Source: Minutocellus sp. GHC0000111 (taxonomy: Eukaryota). From it: a DNA stretch of 64,000 bases. Positions 59,300 to 64,000 of the stretch are shown here, piece by piece (position 1 is the stretch's first letter; every line of letters starts with the position of its first letter). Both the position numbers and the translations under genes were made by a program. The notes beneath the pieces are model-generated. The model did not search any database, was not told the DNA's origin, and worked only from the letters and a program-made list of their open reading frames with translations. The stretch lies in NCBI GenBank assembly GCA_977018835.1, contig OZ361258.1, positions 62,001-126,000 of the forward strand, written 5' to 3'.

Positions 59300-59474
59300 A
59301 GCTTGTTTGGATGTTTTCTTAGACATGTTTGCAGATTAGAATTTCATGCCTACGCATTCATACCATGAGGCGTGGGTGGTGTGTAAACACCCATTACATA
59401 TATATTAGAGAGCTGTAATTGATATTTTAGAGTTTGAGGAATGCTACGTATTAATGATAAGTTGTTCTGTTTAT

Positions 59475-62400
59475 TTACAAGACGGCAATGCCATCTTCTA
59501 GCCCATGTGTTTTCGTGCGAGGCTCCTTGGAATCTCTTCTCCAAGTTTCAAGACCAGGTGCATTGAAAACGACAAATTTATTATCTCTGCGAGCGAACAT
59601 GTCATCATTAATTTGCTCAAATCCTTCCGGAACGAATCTTCTCGTCTCTTTGGAAAATAGCGACGGCGACTTTTTCTCAGCCATATGTTGGCTCCATCGA
59701 GATCTTGACGCACTTTGACCAAGGGAATCGGCATTCAAGTTTCTATTCTGCCTGGTGGATGAAGATGAGTCTGCCGGGAGCGACTTGCCAGTGATGTATG
59801 TTTTGTTCAGCTTGGACAAAGGCGTGTCTTGATCAAAGAAAGAGCAATACAAAGACATTGACTTTTCGTCGGTCAGGTCGCTCCTTCTGCAGCCGAGAGA
59901 GGATGCGTCGATAATCTCAGAATAAGCCTGTTTGGAATGATTGAGCTCGGAGTAGCCATTGTAGATCGCTTCTTTGACGCTGGTTTTGTCCATGCGGCGT
60001 TGGCGAAGATCGTGGTCAACACCCGGCAGACCACCGCCGCTCATGTACTCTCCTCTCTTCTGCATACTATCTATGTTGTTGAGTTGCTCGTGTACCAAGG
60101 CTGTAACACCGATTGCCGAATCTGTCTCCCTGAGGCCTCGATAGGGACCAGTCAAGATTTTACTCGAGATGTGGGCGCTCTCGGCAAGCTTGCGAATGCC
60201 CTCCACGTTGTCAGCATTCAGATTTGACTCCTGTAAACACTTGGCGAATTCCTCTCTTGCCTCCTCCCGAGGCTTCCGTGTGCATCCAGAGTATTGCGAA
60301 TTGGCGTAATCGAGATACTCTTGACAAGGCTTTACATTCGTTGAAAGATCGCCGATGAAGGAAAGGCCAGCGGCAAGACCAGGAATGTTGTTCGAACTCT
60401 CATCTTTTCCCTTATCTGTCTTCTCGGATTTTCGGCCCTTGACGGCACTTTTTCTCTTTTCAGACTCTGGTCGAGAAGAATTTGTGCCTGCAGCCTCTGC
60501 CTCATCCTCAGAATCAACCGAAGAAACTTTACCTGCGAAACCACCGTCGATGGATTGATGGTATGCCTTGTGCGATGTCAAAAAGAGCCGGAGAGATGGA
60601 GTTAGCTCTGATTTGAAGCCATGCGCGTTGATAAAATCAAAGATACTCTTCTCCTCATCCTTTTCGATGTCGGAAGTCCTTTCCTTCTCATCTTTCTCTT
60701 TCCCCGAGGAGGACTTATTCTTTGCGGAAACAACAGCCTTGCGATGAAGGAGCATGAGCTCTGTATTGTCTTCGCCTGAATGGGCGTGCTGCGCAGAGTG
60801 AGATAGGCGAACCGGAGCCGCCCAGCTCCTCGAGAAGAATTTGTCAAATTGCGCCAGCTTGTCCGGCTGATACCAGCTTGTCCGGCTGATAAAGTCTGTC
60901 AAATCGCGACGGCAGCAAAGGCTCGTATGAGCTAGTATTTCCAACACTTTTCCACATGCGACCTTGAATGTACTGCTGGATAGCAAGCTTCCACCATACA
61001 GAGAGGGCTTCATTTTGCGTCATACAGCGGTTTCGCACCCGATCAATCCTCCACGACTCTTGGTCTTCCATAGTTGTCAACGCACCCTCCTTGTCACTGT
61101 TCTGGCCATCTTCGTCATTCCAATCCGTGCCGAAGGTACGTTGATACAGCCTCATGGCATGTAGCGACCCATTCCCAGATTTGACATGGAAGTTATGCAA
61201 ATAATAATCAGATTCGAGCTCCCAAAGGGGCACGGTATGATGACTCGGTATGTAATAGCCCAAGAAGAGGTTCATCGCATCCTGACGAAGCCGATCTGAG
61301 AAGGCGTTACTATAGTACCGTCTGATGGACGTGAGAAGTTCCTTGTGCTTCCCCATGGGGCCATTTAGGCTAGCCGCTGGACCAGCAGTAGTGTTGACCT
61401 TTTTGTGAGCTTCCGATCCACCATATTGAAGAGCAATGTGATCTCCAATCTCAACAAACATATCGATAAGGACGCGAACAATATTTGACGACGGGTCCAA
61501 CTTGGCCGAATTCCGGATGCCCATGACAACAAGTTGTTGGCCCAACGCTTCTACTCCCGCACTAAATTGGGCAACATTGGTTCGGTCGAGACAGTCAATG
61601 CAATTCGTTCTCAGAACACCCTTCTATTCCATAGGAAAGACGGGAATGCCGAGGTATTTATCCAACATTTCCACTCTGTTCGCTGCGGCCTCGTCGTCAA
61701 AGGGCTCAATCTTGCCACCCTCCTCGATCGTCCATCGAGGATGAGAACAGAAGAAGCCAGTCTGATTGACGGCCCATGTCGCCGTCTCGTTGAGGCTAGT
61801 CGATACATTTAGCTTTTTTGACTTTGATATGTGGGAGTAATCCAATGCACAGTATCGGATCTTGTATTCTGGGTCAAGAATGTGGGCATTGAGATGATCG
61901 ATGGCGCTGCGGAATTCATTGCCTACAATGACCTCCTTCTCTCGCTTCTCGGACTGCTTCACCAGATCCACAACGACGATCGGTGATCCATATCGCCGAA
62001 GGAGGTCACCAAAGTGTGCCTGCGTGGCATGGTACGTAGGATCCACACGATTCAAGACAATTGGAGGTTTGGGCAGTGTGACAGAGGATTCTTGTGTCCA
62101 ATACGTAGGAATACTGCCACGGCATTGCAAATACGACGAAAAGGCACCAGCGCTCGCCGACGAGGCCTCGTCATGGAGGATTTGTTCGTGCTCCACGTCA
62201 TTAGCCACCTTGCCCTGATCGGAAACACCACGCTTGAGGTACCTAGTACCGGCAAAGTGCCGCGACCTTCGGGCCAGCAGCGTTAGGTTCATACTTCGGC
62301 CATAATCGTTGAACCGTCGCTGTAGGAAAGCGCCGTGAATGATCGGCATGACCCACTGGAAGCTCGTCATGGAATTGGTGCACTGTTCCAATTCCCTCGT

Positions 62401-64000
62401 TAGGAAATAGTTCCAGGCATACATATCCTTGAACGGCGGCGGGGGAAACGGTTTGGACTTGGTCGCCAGGAAATTCTCCTGAAGGCTTCTCGTCACGTCG
62501 TATGTGTAGCTGAAGTAGAAGTTCTTGGTCAGATCGACCACCTGATACAGGCCCTGGTAACGCAATTCGGCAATCTCTCGGTTTGTTAGTCCTAATCCAA
62601 CACTTCGTTTACCACGGTTCCACATGGATAGGAGCATGGTGCCAGGATCCTTCCCACCATCGGCAGCACCTGTTGGATCCCGCCCGGCCCGATCAAAATC
62701 AATGGGACCAGCCGAAACACCCCCGCCTCCACCACTGCCAGCCTGACCGGGCCGTTCAGCCGGCTTCAGAGGAAACGTTTCGGTCGCCTTGATGGTGTAG
62801 ATGCCATTCCCACCCAAGCTCCCCACCTTTGCTCGCTTGGTAATGAGCGTCAGATAGTAACAGTCCAAGAAGCGGACGAATCCAACAACGCCATACGCCT
62901 TGCAGATCGGTCGGAGTCCTCCACCCGGCCGTTCCCTCGGATGCCCCCCCGGGCCAGCAGCGTGACCACCACCCCCGCCACTTCCGACCCCATGAGGCGC
63001 ATCATAGCCCGGTGTGTATTTGTTCCCCTCGTGGATCATATCGAGCATATCCCGTATCTCATCTTGTGAGTAGACTGCCGGATCTTCGATGCAAAACTCA
63101 CACAGTGGTCGGATGTGAAAATTGGGCCCATGGAGGGCATCGGTCGGTCCTCCACCTCCCGCGGCAGCACCACCATCCGACGACGATGCAGTGGGATTGG
63201 TCGCCGGGAATATGCCCGACTTATTGCCGCTACTAGTACCGCTCGCGGCAGCACCAACACCGACCGCCCCCATCCCATCTCCGCCGCCACTTGCTGAAGT
63301 CGCCACGGCGGCGGTGGCATCCTGCTCCTCCCTCCGCCGCTTCTCCAGCTCGACCCTCCTCGCCTGGCTGGTGGCGTCGGGCCGCTCGATCAGCGTCCGG
63401 TCCATCTTGAGGACGCGATATCCCGTCCCGGCCTTATCGCAGGCCACCAGGTAGTAGCACTGGGCCGTCGAGAACAGCTCGTAGCGTTCCAGCTTGCCGA
63501 CGTAGGGTTCCAGAGTCGGTGGTGTCTTGCTGTTGTTGCTGCTGGTGGTAGTGTTATCGCCAGTGTTGACATTTGTGCTGGATGGAGCGCCGACAGGACC
63601 ATCGTGAATGCTGAAATCATTTTCGGCCTCCTCGACGGCCCCCTCCTCGACATTCTGTGCATGTGAATATGTCTGCCCGTCGGAGCGGAGGCAGCTCCCA
63701 TCGTCGCATTGCTGTTGGTTATGGTTATTGTTGGACGACGTCGACGATCAGGAATTGGCCCGCAGCGTCGGCATCCCCCTGCACGTGTCGACCCCCATCC
63801 GACCGCTGGGGCAAATGGCGCAGATGCAGGAGCCGTCTCCCATGCGGTCTTTGGCGTCGGCCGACGATCCCTTTGCGGGCATCAATACCAATGGCAGTGC
63901 CGTCGGAGGCGGTGGTGCTGGTGCTGGTGCTGCTGATCCCTTTGCCAACGCCGCTTCCTCCTCTTCCTTTCCTCCGAATCCAAACAATGCAAGTGCGAAC
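59475..64000 (-). pseudogene. FIG4: FIG4/SAC3-like phosphoinositide phosphatase with two in-frame stops and a 19-bp duplication; 5' end may lie outside the window
   Basis: DLTKNFYFSYTYD, ARRSRHFAGTRYLKRG, VANDVEHEQI, RGSIP, GVLRTNCIDCLDRTNVAQF, LQYGGSEAH, RRYYSNAFSD; TGA 63748-63750, TAG 61624-61626, duplication 60854-60891. Confidence 0.9.

Noticed and set aside
61624..61626. TAG-to-Gln stop codon reassignment
   Set aside because: TAG ends other genes here (2820, 29800), and the same gene has a TGA and a frameshifting duplication, so pseudogenisation is simpler.

Overview
Eukaryotic nuclear DNA, very probably from a diatom: Lhcf antenna gene, ASAF-type bipartite plastid presequences, diatom-type PRK, short GT-AG introns. 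It holds about 28 host genes and several DNA transposons. Main points: (1) A tandem phosphoribulokinase pair. One copy is the usual diatom type; the other keeps the green-lineage C-terminal Cys pair (WTPCGKKLSCSYPG). The two are partly homogenised by gene conversion and separated by a transposon. (2) A receptor-like gene: four PAN/apple-like repeats, Cys-rich repeats, a TM helix and a cytoplasmic TIR/HET-like domain. (3) A 3.7-kb Kolobok-like transposon (TTAA TSD, 17-bp TIRs) with an internally deleted transposase and a convergent KolX gene carrying an OB-fold-like segment. (4) Two copies of a 1.5-kb non-autonomous TIR element with 4-bp TSDs. (5) An MRPL43/M12B-protease chimeric pseudogene. 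(6) Lesions in about ten genes (frameshifts, nonsense codons, a lost start codon, a 19-bp duplication), meaning either a decaying haplotype/duplicate or assembly error. All family assignments come from motif recognition by eye; no searches were run.
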